From the NCBI GenBank assembly GCA_018334565.1, contig JAGXLU010000001.1, forward strand, positions 61,248-125,247: a DNA stretch of 64,000 nucleotides, read 5' to 3'. Below, one piece after another: positions 38,033 to 48,486 of this stretch (position 1 is the first letter of the stretch; each line of letters opens with the position of its first letter). A program made the position numbers and the translations under genes. Below the pieces are notes generated by a model. The model was not told where the DNA came from. It searched no databases and worked only from the letters and a program-made list of their open reading frames with translations. This stretch comes from Halanaerobiales bacterium. Its GTDB lineage: Bacteria; Bacillota; Halanaerobiia; Halanaerobiales; M55B127.

Positions 38033-39979
38033 TTATACTCCTATTTCTTGTGATTTTATTAATTCACCATCACGATAAATTTCTAAAACTGTAGGTCCTA
38101 CACTATAAATTGTTTTATTTAAATACTGTCCAGGACTATGTACTTTTTGATATACAACTTCTTCACCATTACTGTCCTTTACAATGATCTTTATTTCCTG
38201 TTTATCACTACCCACAACGTTAATCCCTATATTTGTTTTATGTTCCTCAAAATTATTGTTATTGATTAACCCGGTACTTATCCCTAAATTGACTTCATTA
38301 TTTTCTGGTACTTCTTCCCCGGCTGAAAACTGTTGATAGAAAATTAAATTTTCATCATATCGAGTTGACTCACTGTAATTTAACCTACCTACATTCAACC
38401 CCTTATTTTTTATTAGTTCAAATGCTTTATCTTTTTCAACACCTAGTAGAGAAGGCATTTTTACCATAATGGGGCTTGGACCATTACTAACTATTAGTTT
38501 AATCTTCGTATTTACATCAATTTGACTACCCGCTTCAGGAGATTGTGAGATGATGTGATTTTCCCTTATTTGTTCGCTGTATTCATATTCAATCTGCTCT
38601 TGAGACAAACCAAGATTCTCTAAGATAACCTGTGCATCTCTTAATGGCCTATTATTGAAGTCAGGAACTTCCACCACCTTAGGCCCTTTACTTATAGAAA
38701 CAACTATCTTTCTTGTTTGTTTGATCCTTTCACCCGGCGAGGGCTCCTGAGTAACTATATGACCTTCTTCAATTTTATTATGAAATATCTCTTCCCCGGA
38801 TTTCTGCAGACTTAAACCCTGTTGAGAAGCTATATCAACAGCTTCATTATATTCTTTCTCCAATAAATCGGGAACCTTTACAATGGGAACTTCTGTATAT
38901 ACCTTGAAAAAATAAATAACTGCAAAGGCTGCTGCTGAAAATAAAAACATAATAACTATAACCCAAACAATCCACTTATTTAATTTACTAGATTGTTTTT
39001 TATCTGGGGTATAATAGTTTCTGTTGTTTGTGCTACGATTACTTTTAGCATTATTTTTTTTGTTTTCCAAGCTCTTACTTTTTATTTCCGATTTTTTTAG
39101 TATCTTTGTTTCACTTTTTTTTGAGTTTTTGCTTTCTTTATTAAATCCTGGTTCAGATTTAACATATTTTAATGTTTCTACTATTTCTTCCCTTAAATCT
39201 GTAGCATTATCGTGGCGTTTTTCTGGATCTTTGGCCAGAGTCTTCATAATAAGTTCATTGACCTTTTCAGGAATAGAGGGTAGAACTTCCTTCAGCTCTT
39301 TAGGCTCATTTTGGATATGTTTTAATGCAACTGAAATTGGACTTTCACCTTTAAAAGGAACTTCACCAGTTATCATTTCATATAATACAACACCTATTGA
39401 ATAAATATCAGAATATGTATTTATCTCTTGACCCTGGGCCTGTTCGGGTGAAAAGTAATGAGCACTGCCCATTACAGTATCTGTAATTGTCATTGTTGAA
39501 GTAGATACAGCCCGGGCAATACCAAAATCAGTAACTTTAACCTTGTTATTTTCAGTAATCAAAATATTGTGGGGTTTTATGTCACAGTGTATTATGTTAT
39601 TTTTATGAGCTACCTCAACACCAGCAGTTATTTGATTGGCTATGTCTAAGGCTTTAACTAAGGTTAATCTTCCTCTTTTTTTAATAATACTTTTTAAATT
39701 TTCACCCCTTATATATTCCATAACTAGATAAAGGCTATCTTCACCTTCTACTATATCATAAATACTGACAACATTAGGATGAGTAATTCTGGCCACAGAC
39801 TTGGCCTCTTGCCTAAATTTGTTGATGAAGTCCTCATCAGATACAAATTCCGGCCTTAGCATTTTAATTGCAACCTCACGGTCAAGCAATATGTCCTGGG
39901 CCTTAAAGACTAATGCCATTCCTCCACTGCCTTTTTTTTCTTTTATTTTATACCTGTTATTCAATAATTTTCCAATCAT
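38033..39979 (-). CDS. prkC: Ser/Thr protein kinase with extracellular PASTA repeats (PrkC)
   Basis: 648 aa. It has a Hanks kinase domain (HCDIKPHN, DFGIA, SPEQ), one TM helix and three PASTA-like repeats. Confidence 0.92.
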   Translation of the reverse strand: MIGKLLNNRYKIKEKKGSGGMALVFKAQDILLDREVAIKMLRPEFVSDEDFINKFRQEAKSVARITHPNVVSIYDIVEGEDSLYLVMEYIRGENLKSIIKKRGRLTLVKALDIANQITAGVEVAHKNNIIHCDIKPHNILITENNKVKVTDFGIARAVSTSTMTITDTVMGSAHYFSPEQAQGQEINTYSDIYSIGVVLYEMITGEVPFKGESPISVALKHIQNEPKELKEVLPSIPEKVNELIMKTLAKDPEKRHDNATDLREEIVETLKYVKSEPGFNKESKNSKKSETKILKKSEIKSKSLENKKNNAKSNRSTNNRNYYTPDKKQSSKLNKWIVWVIVIMFLFSAAAFAVIYFFKVYTEVPIVKVPDLLEKEYNEAVDIASQQGLSLQKSGEEIFHNKIEEGHIVTQEPSPGERIKQTRKIVVSISKGPKVVEVPDFNNRPLRDAQVILENLGLSQEQIEYEYSEQIRENHIISQSPEAGSQIDVNTKIKLIVSNGPSPIMVKMPSLLGVEKDKAFELIKNKGLNVGRLNYSESTRYDENLIFYQQFSAGEEVPENNEVNLGISTGLINNNNFEEHKTNIGINVVGSDKQEIKIIVKDSNGEEVVYQKVHSPGQYLNKTIYSVGPTVLEIYRDGELIKSQEIGV

Positions 39980-39996
39980 TTTGACACCTCATATGG

Positions 39997-40713
39997 TTAA
40001 ATCTTGCCCATTATTATAGTGATATTGTCATTTCCGCCGTTTTGCAAAGCCGTGGTACCTAACTTTTGCAAAAAAACTTTTATCTCATTATTTTCTTTTA
40101 ATATCTTTTCTATTTCATCAAAGCGTATCATATCTGACAAACCATCTGTACATAACATTATTGTATCTTCTTTACTAACACTAATTTGATTTATTTGAAC
40201 TTTTAAATCTCTATCAATACCGAGGGCTTGTGTAATTATATTGCGATCAGGATGATTGAATACCTGTTCTGGTCTAATTGAATTATTATCAACAAGATCA
40301 TTAACTAGTGAATGATCTTTCGTTATCTGTTTAAGTTTTTCGTTGAAAATATAGATCCTACTATCACCAACATGCCCATAATACAATACTTGTTCTACTA
40401 TTAAACACATTGTCAAAGTAGTCCCCATATCCTGGCAGTCTTCATGTTTTTTTGAGTAATCAATAATATTATGATTAGCTGCAATTACAGCAGAATTAAT
40501 CTGTTCTTTTATACTCTTTTGATCTTTAAAATCAAAAGAATAATTTTTTATAGTTTCTGTTGCAATTTTGCTAGCTATCTCACCTGCCTGATGTCCACCC
40601 ATTCCATCAGCAACAGCAAGCATATGAATTTCCCCTTTTATGGGTTTTATCAAATAGCTGTCTTCATTTTTTTCTCGGTTATTACCGATATTACAAAAGA
40701 CTTGAAAACTCAT
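39997..40713 (-). CDS. prpC: PP2C-family Ser/Thr phosphatase (PrpC/Stp)
   Basis: 238 aa with the motifs NEDS, ADGMGGH, TDGLSD and GGNDNIT. Confidence 0.92.
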   Translation of the reverse strand: MSFQVFCNIGNNREKNEDSYLIKPIKGEIHMLAVADGMGGHQAGEIASKIATETIKNYSFDFKDQKSIKEQINSAVIAANHNIIDYSKKHEDCQDMGTTLTMCLIVEQVLYYGHVGDSRIYIFNEKLKQITKDHSLVNDLVDNNSIRPEQVFNHPDRNIITQALGIDRDLKVQINQISVSKEDTIMLCTDGLSDMIRFDEIEKILKENNEIKVFLQKLGTTALQNGGNDNITIIMGKI

Positions 40714-41774
40714 TATGAACCTCCATTTTTATGACTGGACCTCAGTTGGCCACAGGCTGCCTTAATATTTGTTCCCTTCTCTTTTCTAACTGTAACAGTA
40801 ATATTATTCTCCCTGAGTTTTTTTTGAAAATGATCAATAACTTCTTGAGGAGACCTGCTTATATCTAATTCTGGAACAGGGTTTAAAGGTATTAAATTTA
40901 GATGAACAAGCTTGTTTTTTAAAAGAGATATCAATTGAAAGAGATGAACTTCTTTGTCGTTGATCCCTTCCATTAAGACATATTCAAAACTAACCCTCCG
41001 ATTTGTTTTTTGAATATAATAATCGACCGCCTTCATTATTTTTTTTATATTGTACTTTTTATTGATAGGCATTAATTCATCCCTTAATTGATCATTAGGT
41101 GCATTAAGTGATATGGCCAGTCCCAGCTGTTCTTCTCTTTCAGCAATTCTTATTATTTTATCAACTACACCGGCCGTAGAAATAGTTATTTTTCTTTTAG
41201 CTATATTAAGAGCCTTGGGACTATTTAAAATTTGCACAGCCTTCATTACATTATTGTAATTTAAAAAAGGCTCTCCCATTCCCATAAATACTATATTTGT
41301 TATTTGTGGAATTTTAAATTCTCTGTAACTGACATCAACCTGTATTCGTAATACTTGTTCAACTATTTCCCCTGTATTTAGATCTCTTTTCAGACCATCA
41401 ATACCTGTGGCACAAAACTTACAACCTAAAGAACAACCAATTTGGCTGGAAACACAGATCGAATACCTATTATCCTCTTCATATGGCAAAAAAACGCTTT
41501 CCAGCAATTTATCATCTTCCGTTTTCCAGAGATATTTTAATGTGCCATCTTCAGAAATTAGTTTCTTATCCAGCTTAAAAGAAGTAATTTTATAGTTCTT
41601 TTTAAGTCCTTTAATTAAATCATTAGGTAAATTGTTCATATTTGTAAACTCTAATATACCATTTCTATATATCCAGTTAAAAACCTGTTTTGCTCTATAT
41701 TGTTTTATGCCTTTTATTTTGAAATCTTCTTTTAGTTCTTCTAAAGTAAAATTTAATATGTTGGTTTTAATCAT
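40713..41774 (-). CDS. rlmN: 23S rRNA/tRNA (adenine-C2)-methyltransferase RlmN (radical SAM)
   Basis: It has the radical-SAM motif CSLGCKFCATG, GMGEP and a C-terminal ACGQL. The ATG at 41774 is preferred over the track's TTG at 41789. Confidence 0.9.
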   Translation of the reverse strand: MIKTNILNFTLEELKEDFKIKGIKQYRAKQVFNWIYRNGILEFTNMNNLPNDLIKGLKKNYKITSFKLDKKLISEDGTLKYLWKTEDDKLLESVFLPYEEDNRYSICVSSQIGCSLGCKFCATGIDGLKRDLNTGEIVEQVLRIQVDVSYREFKIPQITNIVFMGMGEPFLNYNNVMKAVQILNSPKALNIAKRKITISTAGVVDKIIRIAEREEQLGLAISLNAPNDQLRDELMPINKKYNIKKIMKAVDYYIQKTNRRVSFEYVLMEGINDKEVHLFQLISLLKNKLVHLNLIPLNPVPELDISRSPQEVIDHFQKKLRENNITVTVRKEKGTNIKAACGQLRSSHKNGGS

Positions 41775-42462
41775 TTCTGCCCATTCCAAATAGAAGTACT
41801 ATTCTAACCAGGTTAACAAGTGCTATTAGAGTAGCTGATACATAAGTAAAAGCTGCTGCTCTTAGAACCTTTGTGGCTCCTTTTAGTTCATCATTATTCA
41901 GTATATTATTTCTTTTTAAAAGTGTCAATGCCTTATTACTGGCGTCAAATTCAACAGGTAGGGTTATCAAATGAAAAATTAGAGCCCCCAAAAACATAAT
42001 GAAACCCAGAGCAATCATAGTCTGTGACTGTAAAAAGAAACCAATTATCGCCAAAGGTAAACCCCAACTCGAACCTATGCTGGCAGCAGGTACGATTTTG
42101 GCCCTAATTTTTAGCAGTGTATAACCCTGAGCATCTTGAATAGCATGGCCAGCTTCATGAGCAGCAATTCCGATAGCTGCTACCGATTTACTACCATATA
42201 TTTCTTCTGATAGATTTAAAAGCTTGTTTTTAGGATCATAATGATCATTTAGATTACCCTTTATCCTTTTTACTTTAATATCATTTATATCATTTTTAAA
42301 CAGCAATTCTTGGGCTATCTCTGCTGCTGTTTTATTTGAATTTGAGCCTACTTCAGAATATTTCTTAAAGGTGTTTTTAACTTTATATTGAGCATACATC
42401 GCAATCAATAGTGCTGGTATTAGAATTATAATGGTAGGGTCATAAAAGAACATATCAATCAC
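41767..42462 (-). CDS. YugP-type membrane zinc metallopeptidase
   Basis: 231 aa. The N-terminus (FYDPTIIILIPALLIAMYAQYKVKNTFKKY), the HEAGHAIQ zinc motif and the C-terminal TM helices fit the family. Confidence 0.8.
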   Translation of the reverse strand: MIDMFFYDPTIIILIPALLIAMYAQYKVKNTFKKYSEVGSNSNKTAAEIAQELLFKNDINDIKVKRIKGNLNDHYDPKNKLLNLSEEIYGSKSVAAIGIAAHEAGHAIQDAQGYTLLKIRAKIVPAASIGSSWGLPLAIIGFFLQSQTMIALGFIMFLGALIFHLITLPVEFDASNKALTLLKRNNILNNDELKGATKVLRAAAFTYVSATLIALVNLVRIVLLFGMGRND

Positions 42463-43403
42463 TCCTTATCTTCAAATTTAACATCCTGTTCTATCTTATT
42501 ACCCCTGAGAAAATCAGATGATGACATTTTTTTCCTTCCTGCTAACTGCAATTTATTCAGTTTTAATAGCCCCCGACCGGTCTGAACTATCAATCCTTTT
42601 TTGGGATCAGCCTCAACAATACTACCAGGCTTTTTATCGGTATTCCCCTTAACAGGTTCTACTTCGAATATTTTTAATAATTGGCCATTGAGATAGGTAA
42701 ATGAACCAGGCCAAGGATTCATAGCTTTCACAAAGTAATAAAGTTTTTGATTTGTCTTTTCCCAATTAATTAGTCCATCTTCTTTACTTAACTTAGTTGT
42801 ATAACTTGCTTTCGATTCATTTTGTTTGAACCGTGTTACCTTGTTTCGGCTTAAATCGGTTAGCGTTTTATCTAAGAGTTCCGCTCCTATTTGAGCCAAT
42901 CTATCATGTAAATCTCCTGCATTATAATCTTCTTTAATTTCTACTTCTTTTTGATAGATTATATCACCGGTATCAAGGCCTTCATCCATAAACATAGTTG
43001 TGACACCAGTTTTATTTCTGCCGTCCTTTATCGCCTGCTGTATAGGGCTGGATCCCCTGTATAAAGGTAATAATGAAGCATGTAAATTTATACAACCATA
43101 GTGGGGCATATTAAGTAACTTCTTTGATAAAATCTGACCATAAGCGACTACTAAAATAAGATCTATGTCCATTTTTTCTATTTTTCTTATAAAATCATCT
43201 TCATGTATATTTTGAGGCTGCATGACTTCTAATTCTAATTTTAAAGCCTCTTTTTTTACAGGTGAATATTGAACTCTTTTACCTCTACCCCGTTTGCGGT
43301 CAGGTTGTGTTATAACTGCTTTAATTTCTATTTGATTATTATTATACAATTTTCTTAAACTTAAAACCGCAAAATCAGGTGTACCAGCAAAAATCAATTT
43401 CAT
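42459..43403 (-). CDS. fmt: methionyl-tRNA formyltransferase
   Basis: It starts MKLIFAGTPDFAV and contains NLHASLLPLYRG. The ATG at 43403 has a GGAGTG SD. The track's N-terminal extension overlaps def. Confidence 0.93.
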   Translation of the reverse strand: MKLIFAGTPDFAVLSLRKLYNNNQIEIKAVITQPDRKRGRGKRVQYSPVKKEALKLELEVMQPQNIHEDDFIRKIEKMDIDLILVVAYGQILSKKLLNMPHYGCINLHASLLPLYRGSSPIQQAIKDGRNKTGVTTMFMDEGLDTGDIIYQKEVEIKEDYNAGDLHDRLAQIGAELLDKTLTDLSRNKVTRFKQNESKASYTTKLSKEDGLINWEKTNQKLYYFVKAMNPWPGSFTYLNGQLLKIFEVEPVKGNTDKKPGSIVEADPKKGLIVQTGRGLLKLNKLQLAGRKKMSSSDFLRGNKIEQDVKFEDKE

Positions 43404-43407
43404 TTTA

Positions 43408-43869
43408 TCACTCCGATGATGTTTCCATAATTTCTTGCGCTTTATCGACAAACAAAATACCGTCAAGATGATCTATTTCATGTAAGAAGGCTCTGGCTTT
43501 TATACCCTCTAAATCATATTCTACTTCTTTACCATCTTTATTTAAACCGCTAATTTTAACCTCTTCGGCCCTTTCAACCAATCCTGTTTTACCGGGCACG
43601 CTCAAACAACCTTCTTCTGCTAGAGATTTCCCCCGCTTTTTATTAGCGACCGGATTTATAGTTGCCATTAATTCACCATCAATTTCAACTACTATAACAC
43701 GCTGCAAAATACCAATCTGTGGAGCTGCCAGGCCAATACCCTCAGCTGCCTCCATTGATTCCACCATATTATTTATTAACTCTTTTGTAGCTTCATTTAC
43801 TTTTTGAATCTCTTTGGATCTGCTTCTTAAAACGGGATCTCCAATTTTTCTTATTGGCATTACAGCCAT
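43408..43869 (-). CDS. def: peptide deformylase
   Basis: The motifs GIGLAAPQ, EGCLS and HEIDH are present. The ATG at 43869 lies 6 nt after GAGGTG. Confidence 0.93.
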   Translation of the reverse strand: MAVMPIRKIGDPVLRSRSKEIQKVNEATKELINNMVESMEAAEGIGLAAPQIGILQRVIVVEIDGELMATINPVANKKRGKSLAEEGCLSVPGKTGLVERAEEVKISGLNKDGKEVEYDLEGIKARAFLHEIDHLDGILFVDKAQEIMETSSE

Positions 43870-43890
43870 TTTAATCACCTCTTTTTAATA

Positions 43891-46125
43891 TTATAACATT
43901 GATATTGGATCTACATCAATATTATACTTTACATTTGTACTTATCTTTTTAAGAAATCCTTCTTTTAGATCTACTAACAGCTTCTTTCTTTCTTCTGCCA
44001 TAGCAAATTTCAGTAAAATCTGCACTCTATATTCTCCCCTGATACGTTCAATGGGGGCTGGAGAAGGACCAATTATTTTTTTTGCCTTACAGTCTTTAAG
44101 ATAATTATATAATTTTCTAGCTGCTTTTTCTGCTTTATTTTTATTTTGATGTACAGTCGTTATTTTTATAAGATAGATAAAAGGTGGATAATTTAGGGCT
44201 TTTCGCAGCCTTATCTCCTTTTTAAAAAAATATTGATAATCGTGTTCTTTAGATGCTAGAACACTATAATGATCGGGATTATAGGTCTGAATTACAACAT
44301 TTCCCACCTTCTTACCACGGCCTGTCCGTCCTGCTACCTGGGTTAAAAGCTGAAATGTTCTTTCAGCTGATCTGAAATCAGGCAGGTTCATTATCGTATC
44401 TGCAGTCACTACACCCACCAGAGAAATATTGGGGTAATCGTGTCCCTTGGCAACCATTTGTGTGCCCACTAAAATATCAATTTCATTATTTTCTATTTTT
44501 TTTAAAATCTTGCGGTGAGCACCTTTTTTAGTTGTAGTATCATAATCCATCCTGCTAACCACAGCCTCAGGAAATAGTTTATTTACCTCTTTTTCAATTC
44601 TTTCTGTTCCTATCCCAAAATCCTTAATATATTTACTACTACATTTAGGACAATATTTAGGCATATCCTTTGTATTTCCACAATAGTGACAGATCAACTT
44701 ATCTTTATTTTGATGATAGGTCATAGATATATCACATTCATCACATTTTATAACCTGTCCACAACTGCGGCAGAGAACAAAGTTCGAATATCCTCTTCTG
44801 TTCAAAAAAAGGATGGCCTGTTCATCATTTTTTAAGGCCTTTTGTAAGTTATTTTGTAAATACATACTGAAAATCGAGGGATTACCCTTTTTAAGCTCTT
44901 CTGTCATGTTTATTATCTTAACCGGGGGCATTTTTTTATTTTCAATTCTCTTTGGTAAAGACATGTATTGATAAACACCTGATTTAGCTTTATAATAACT
45001 TTCTAAAGAAGGGGTAGCAGAACCCAATACTAAATCAATATTATTTATTTCAGCCCGTTTTTTGGCAACTTCCCTAGCATGATAATAAGGATGAGTGCTC
45101 TGTTTGTATGAGTTCTCGTGTTCCTCATCAATAATAATTAAACCCAGATTCTTAACTGGAGCAAAAATTGCAGACCTGGCCCCAATCACAATTTGAGCAT
45201 CTCCTTTTTTTATTCTTCTCCATTCATCATACCTTTCACCTGAAGCAAGACCAGAATGTAAAACTGCTATTTTGCCTTTGAATCTACTGTAAAATCTTTT
45301 CACCATTAACGGTGTCAGAGATATCTCTGGAACTAATAGAATTGCCCCTTTTTTATTTTTTAGTACATTTCTAATCAACTGCATATATACTTCTGTCTTA
45401 CCAGAACCTGTTACTCCATGTAAAAGATATGTGAAACTTTTTTTATCCAAAAGGCCTTTTTTGATCTTATTTAAAACTTTCTTCTGAGAAGGAGTAGGGG
45501 TCAAATCTTCAACTAATTGTCTGTCGAAATCCCTATCAGCTATTCTCCTTATAACATTTGTCTCGAAATCTAGGAAGTTTTTATCTATCAAACTGTTAAC
45601 AGCACCCCTGTATATTTCAAGGTTACCAATGAGATCTCTCACCTTCAGTCTGCGGTTTGGATGTTCTTGAAAATATTTCATCACTTTATACTGGCTGGGG
45701 GCCCTGTTTTTTAATTTATCTAAAATTATTTTCATCTCATCTTCTGAGGCTTTTAGATAAACCTTTTTGACAGTCTTCTTTTTTGTATTTCCCCGATAAA
45801 CAGCCGTTGGAACAGCTGCCTTAATTACATTTATTAATAAGGTACAATAATAATCACTCACCCATCTATATAAATGTAAATCCCTTTTTTCAAAGAATTT
45901 TTCTTCAGATATGATACTATCTATTGCTTTAATTTTATCTTCTTGAATATCTGTTGTTTCCTTTATATTTAATACAAAAGAACTTGGCTTTAATTTGCCA
46001 AAAGGAACCCTTACAGCCATTCCAATTCGTAATTTTTCTTTCATGTCATCCGGAATTTTATAATCATATACTTTATCAAATTTTGTGACCGGTACATCCA
46101 CTGCAACTTCTGCGTATTTATTCAT
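43891..46125 (-). CDS. priA: primosomal protein N' (replication restart helicase PriA)
   Basis: It starts MNKYAEVAVDVP and has Walker A GVTGSGKT, DEEH and a Cys-rich zinc module (CRSCG...CDECD...CHYCG...CPKC). The start at 46125 has an AAGAGGAA SD. Confidence 0.93.
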   Translation of the reverse strand: MNKYAEVAVDVPVTKFDKVYDYKIPDDMKEKLRIGMAVRVPFGKLKPSSFVLNIKETTDIQEDKIKAIDSIISEEKFFEKRDLHLYRWVSDYYCTLLINVIKAAVPTAVYRGNTKKKTVKKVYLKASEDEMKIILDKLKNRAPSQYKVMKYFQEHPNRRLKVRDLIGNLEIYRGAVNSLIDKNFLDFETNVIRRIADRDFDRQLVEDLTPTPSQKKVLNKIKKGLLDKKSFTYLLHGVTGSGKTEVYMQLIRNVLKNKKGAILLVPEISLTPLMVKRFYSRFKGKIAVLHSGLASGERYDEWRRIKKGDAQIVIGARSAIFAPVKNLGLIIIDEEHENSYKQSTHPYYHAREVAKKRAEINNIDLVLGSATPSLESYYKAKSGVYQYMSLPKRIENKKMPPVKIINMTEELKKGNPSIFSMYLQNNLQKALKNDEQAILFLNRRGYSNFVLCRSCGQVIKCDECDISMTYHQNKDKLICHYCGNTKDMPKYCPKCSSKYIKDFGIGTERIEKEVNKLFPEAVVSRMDYDTTTKKGAHRKILKKIENNEIDILVGTQMVAKGHDYPNISLVGVVTADTIMNLPDFRSAERTFQLLTQVAGRTGRGKKVGNVVIQTYNPDHYSVLASKEHDYQYFFKKEIRLRKALNYPPFIYLIKITTVHQNKNKAEKAARKLYNYLKDCKAKKIIGPSPAPIERIRGEYRVQILLKFAMAEERKKLLVDLKEGFLKKISTNVKYNIDVDPISML

Positions 46126-47176
46126 TATTGTTCCTCTTTTTGCTAATCTCTCGCAGGGCGAAAAATCCTCCCACCACAAGTATGAAATAAAATGTGAATA
46201 ATCTCCAGCTAAAAGTAATTAAACCAATAATATCTCTTGGAATAAAGGCTACAAATAAAGAGGCAAAACCTATCTCGGCAACCCCACTAGCTCCAGGAGT
46301 AGGTGTATAGGGTATTATCAAATAAAATATTGTCTGCATGATATAGGCCTGTAAAAAATGAGGTTCTGCCCCAAATGCAATTAATAATACGGGCATTATC
46401 ATAAAAAGACTGGTCCAAAATATTACAGTATGAAATACGCCCCAAAATAAGGCTTTTTTATTATTTTTAAGCAAAATTAAAGACCTTCTAAAATCGGCAA
46501 GTTCTCTTCTGCTTTTTACCATCCATTTTTTCGCCTTATAACTATTTTTTATAAATTCGTTAACCTTATTTATCTTCAAAACATAATTGATTAATCTGTC
46601 GGTTATTTGTGGAACTAAGGTTAATAAAATAATTCCTATTGAAAATAAGATTCCCATACCAAAAGCCAAATAAAATATATATTTTGGGATTACACCAGGA
46701 TTGATATATTTACTAAAAAAAATTAAAAATACAGGGGTAATTATGCCAAAATAGAACAACCTCAATAAAAAATTAATTACAACTGCTGTGGAAGCCTTGC
46801 CAATATTTACACCCTTTTTATGAAGAAAATATATCTGAAAAGGCCCACCCCCACTGGAAAAAGGAGTTACGTTAGAAACAAATGCCCCAGATATGTGTAT
46901 TACCATACAATCCATAAGACTCAACGGTCTATCAATTGATTTTATCATTACCCTTATTCGTTGTCCTGCAGCAATTATATTAATCAATAATAATCCTAAA
47001 ATGATTAGAATATATTTGGGTTCTAGATTTTTCAGAACTCGCTGTAATGTATCCTCATCTATGGTAATTATTATAATAATAGCAGAAATTATCAAACTTA
47101 ATATTACAGCAATTCTAAGTCCTCTGTATAAAGTTTTGCGATCTATAGTTTTTTGTTGACTTTTCATTGTATTCAC
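46118..47176 (-). CDS. UPF0104 / lysylphosphatidylglycerol-synthase-TM-like (flippase-like) membrane protein
   Basis: 352 aa and polytopic, with a TPGASGVAEIGF-type motif typical of the family. Confidence 0.65.
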   Translation of the reverse strand: MNTMKSQQKTIDRKTLYRGLRIAVILSLIISAIIIIITIDEDTLQRVLKNLEPKYILIILGLLLINIIAAGQRIRVMIKSIDRPLSLMDCMVIHISGAFVSNVTPFSSGGGPFQIYFLHKKGVNIGKASTAVVINFLLRLFYFGIITPVFLIFFSKYINPGVIPKYIFYLAFGMGILFSIGIILLTLVPQITDRLINYVLKINKVNEFIKNSYKAKKWMVKSRRELADFRRSLILLKNNKKALFWGVFHTVIFWTSLFMIMPVLLIAFGAEPHFLQAYIMQTIFYLIIPYTPTPGASGVAEIGFASLFVAFIPRDIIGLITFSWRLFTFYFILVVGGFFALREISKKRNNNE

Positions 47177-47184
47177 CTCTTTTA

Positions 47185-47220
47185 AAGCAAGGCAAAACCG
47201 AAGGAAGTAGCTCCTCCGGT
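47185..47220 (-). terminator. metK terminator
   Basis: The minus strand reads accggagga-gctact-tccttcggt (one G:U pair) followed by tttgccttgcttt. Confidence 0.6.
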
Positions 47221-47230
47221 AAAGTATATT

Positions 47231-48415
47231 TTAGATCTCTTTTTGTATTGCTTTTATCATATCAAGTTTTTCCCAGGGTAAGTCTAAATCTAAACGACCA
47301 AAATGACCATAATTAGTGATCTGGCTGTATATCGGCCTCATAAGATCAAATTTATCAATAATTCCACCGGGAGTTAAATCAAAGAGTTTCTTTACGACTT
47401 TTATTAAACTAGCTTCTTTTATTTTTGATGTCTCAAAGGTCTCAACCATTACTGAAAGTGGTTGTGCAACTCCTATTGCATATGAAAGTTGAACCTCACA
47501 TTTTTTTGCCAAACCTGCTGCTACAATATTTTTAGCAATATGCCGGGCTGCATATGAAGCTGACCTATCAACTTTAGTTGGATCTTTACCTGAAAAGGCA
47601 CCTCCTCCGTGACGAGCAGTACCACCATAAGTATCTACTATAATTTTACGGCCAGTCAAACCGGCATCCCCATGAGGGCCTCCAATAACAAATCTTCCTG
47701 TAGGATTAATTAAAATCTCCATATCATCATCAATAAGTTTTGGATCTATAATTTCTTTGATAACAAATTCAGTCAGATCTCTTTTAATAGTACTTTGAGC
47801 AACTTCAGGATGATGCTGAGCTGAAATTAAAACTTTGTCTACTCTTACAGGAGTATTGTTATCATACTCTATTGTGACCTGTGTCTTACCATCAGGTCTT
47901 AAATAATCTATTATGTTTTTTTTCCTAACCTCAGCCAATCTACGGGCCAGTTTATGAGCTAGAATAATTGGTAGGGGCATATATTCTTTAGTTTCATCAG
48001 TTGCATATCCATACATAATGCCCTGATCACCGGCTCCCAACTGTTTTTTATCTTTTTCTTTTTCTTTTTCTTTGGATTCAAAGGACTGATCTACACCTAA
48101 AGCAATATCAGCAGACTGTTCTTTTAAAGAAGTAATTACCCCACATGTTTCACCATCAAAACCATATTTAGCTCTATTATATCCAATATCGAGAATAGTG
48201 CTCCTTACAATATCTGTGAAATCAACGTAGCAATCAGTCGTTATCTCACCGGAAATAAAGGCTAAACCAGTGGTCACAAGTGTTTCACAGGCAACTCTGG
48301 CATCTTTATCAAGTGTCAGTATGGCATCCAAAATTGAATCTGATATTTTATCTGCAATTTTATCTGGATGGCCTTCTGTTACAGATTCTGAGGACATTAA
48401 ATATTTTTTTACCAT
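47231..48415 (-). CDS. metK: S-adenosylmethionine synthase
   Basis: 394 aa with the motifs [17 protein letters not shown] and GGGAFSGKD. Confidence 0.96.
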   Translation of the reverse strand: MVKKYLMSSESVTEGHPDKIADKISDSILDAILTLDKDARVACETLVTTGLAFISGEITTDCYVDFTDIVRSTILDIGYNRAKYGFDGETCGVITSLKEQSADIALGVDQSFESKEKEKEKDKKQLGAGDQGIMYGYATDETKEYMPLPIILAHKLARRLAEVRKKNIIDYLRPDGKTQVTIEYDNNTPVRVDKVLISAQHHPEVAQSTIKRDLTEFVIKEIIDPKLIDDDMEILINPTGRFVIGGPHGDAGLTGRKIIVDTYGGTARHGGGAFSGKDPTKVDRSASYAARHIAKNIVAAGLAKKCEVQLSYAIGVAQPLSVMVETFETSKIKEASLIKVVKKLFDLTPGGIIDKFDLMRPIYSQITNYGHFGRLDLDLPWEKLDMIKAIQKEI

Positions 48416-48452
48416 TTTACCACCCTTAATTATATATATTATTAATAATTCA

Positions 48453-48481
48453 AGTTTAGCATATTGATATTATTGTGTCAA
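48453..48481 (-). promoter_or_regulatory. sigma-A-type promoter of metK
   Basis: The minus strand reads TTGACA, a 17-nt spacer, then TAAACT, within the 71-nt pmbA-metK gap. Confidence 0.5.
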
Positions 48482-48486
48482 TCTGA

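Noticed and set aside
48416-48486. I looked for a SAM (S-box) riboswitch upstream of metK.
   Set aside because: Only 71 nt separate the pmbA stop from the metK start. That space is filled by a TTGACA-17-TAAACT promoter and the SD, so there is no room for an S-box and no conserved S-box helices are visible.
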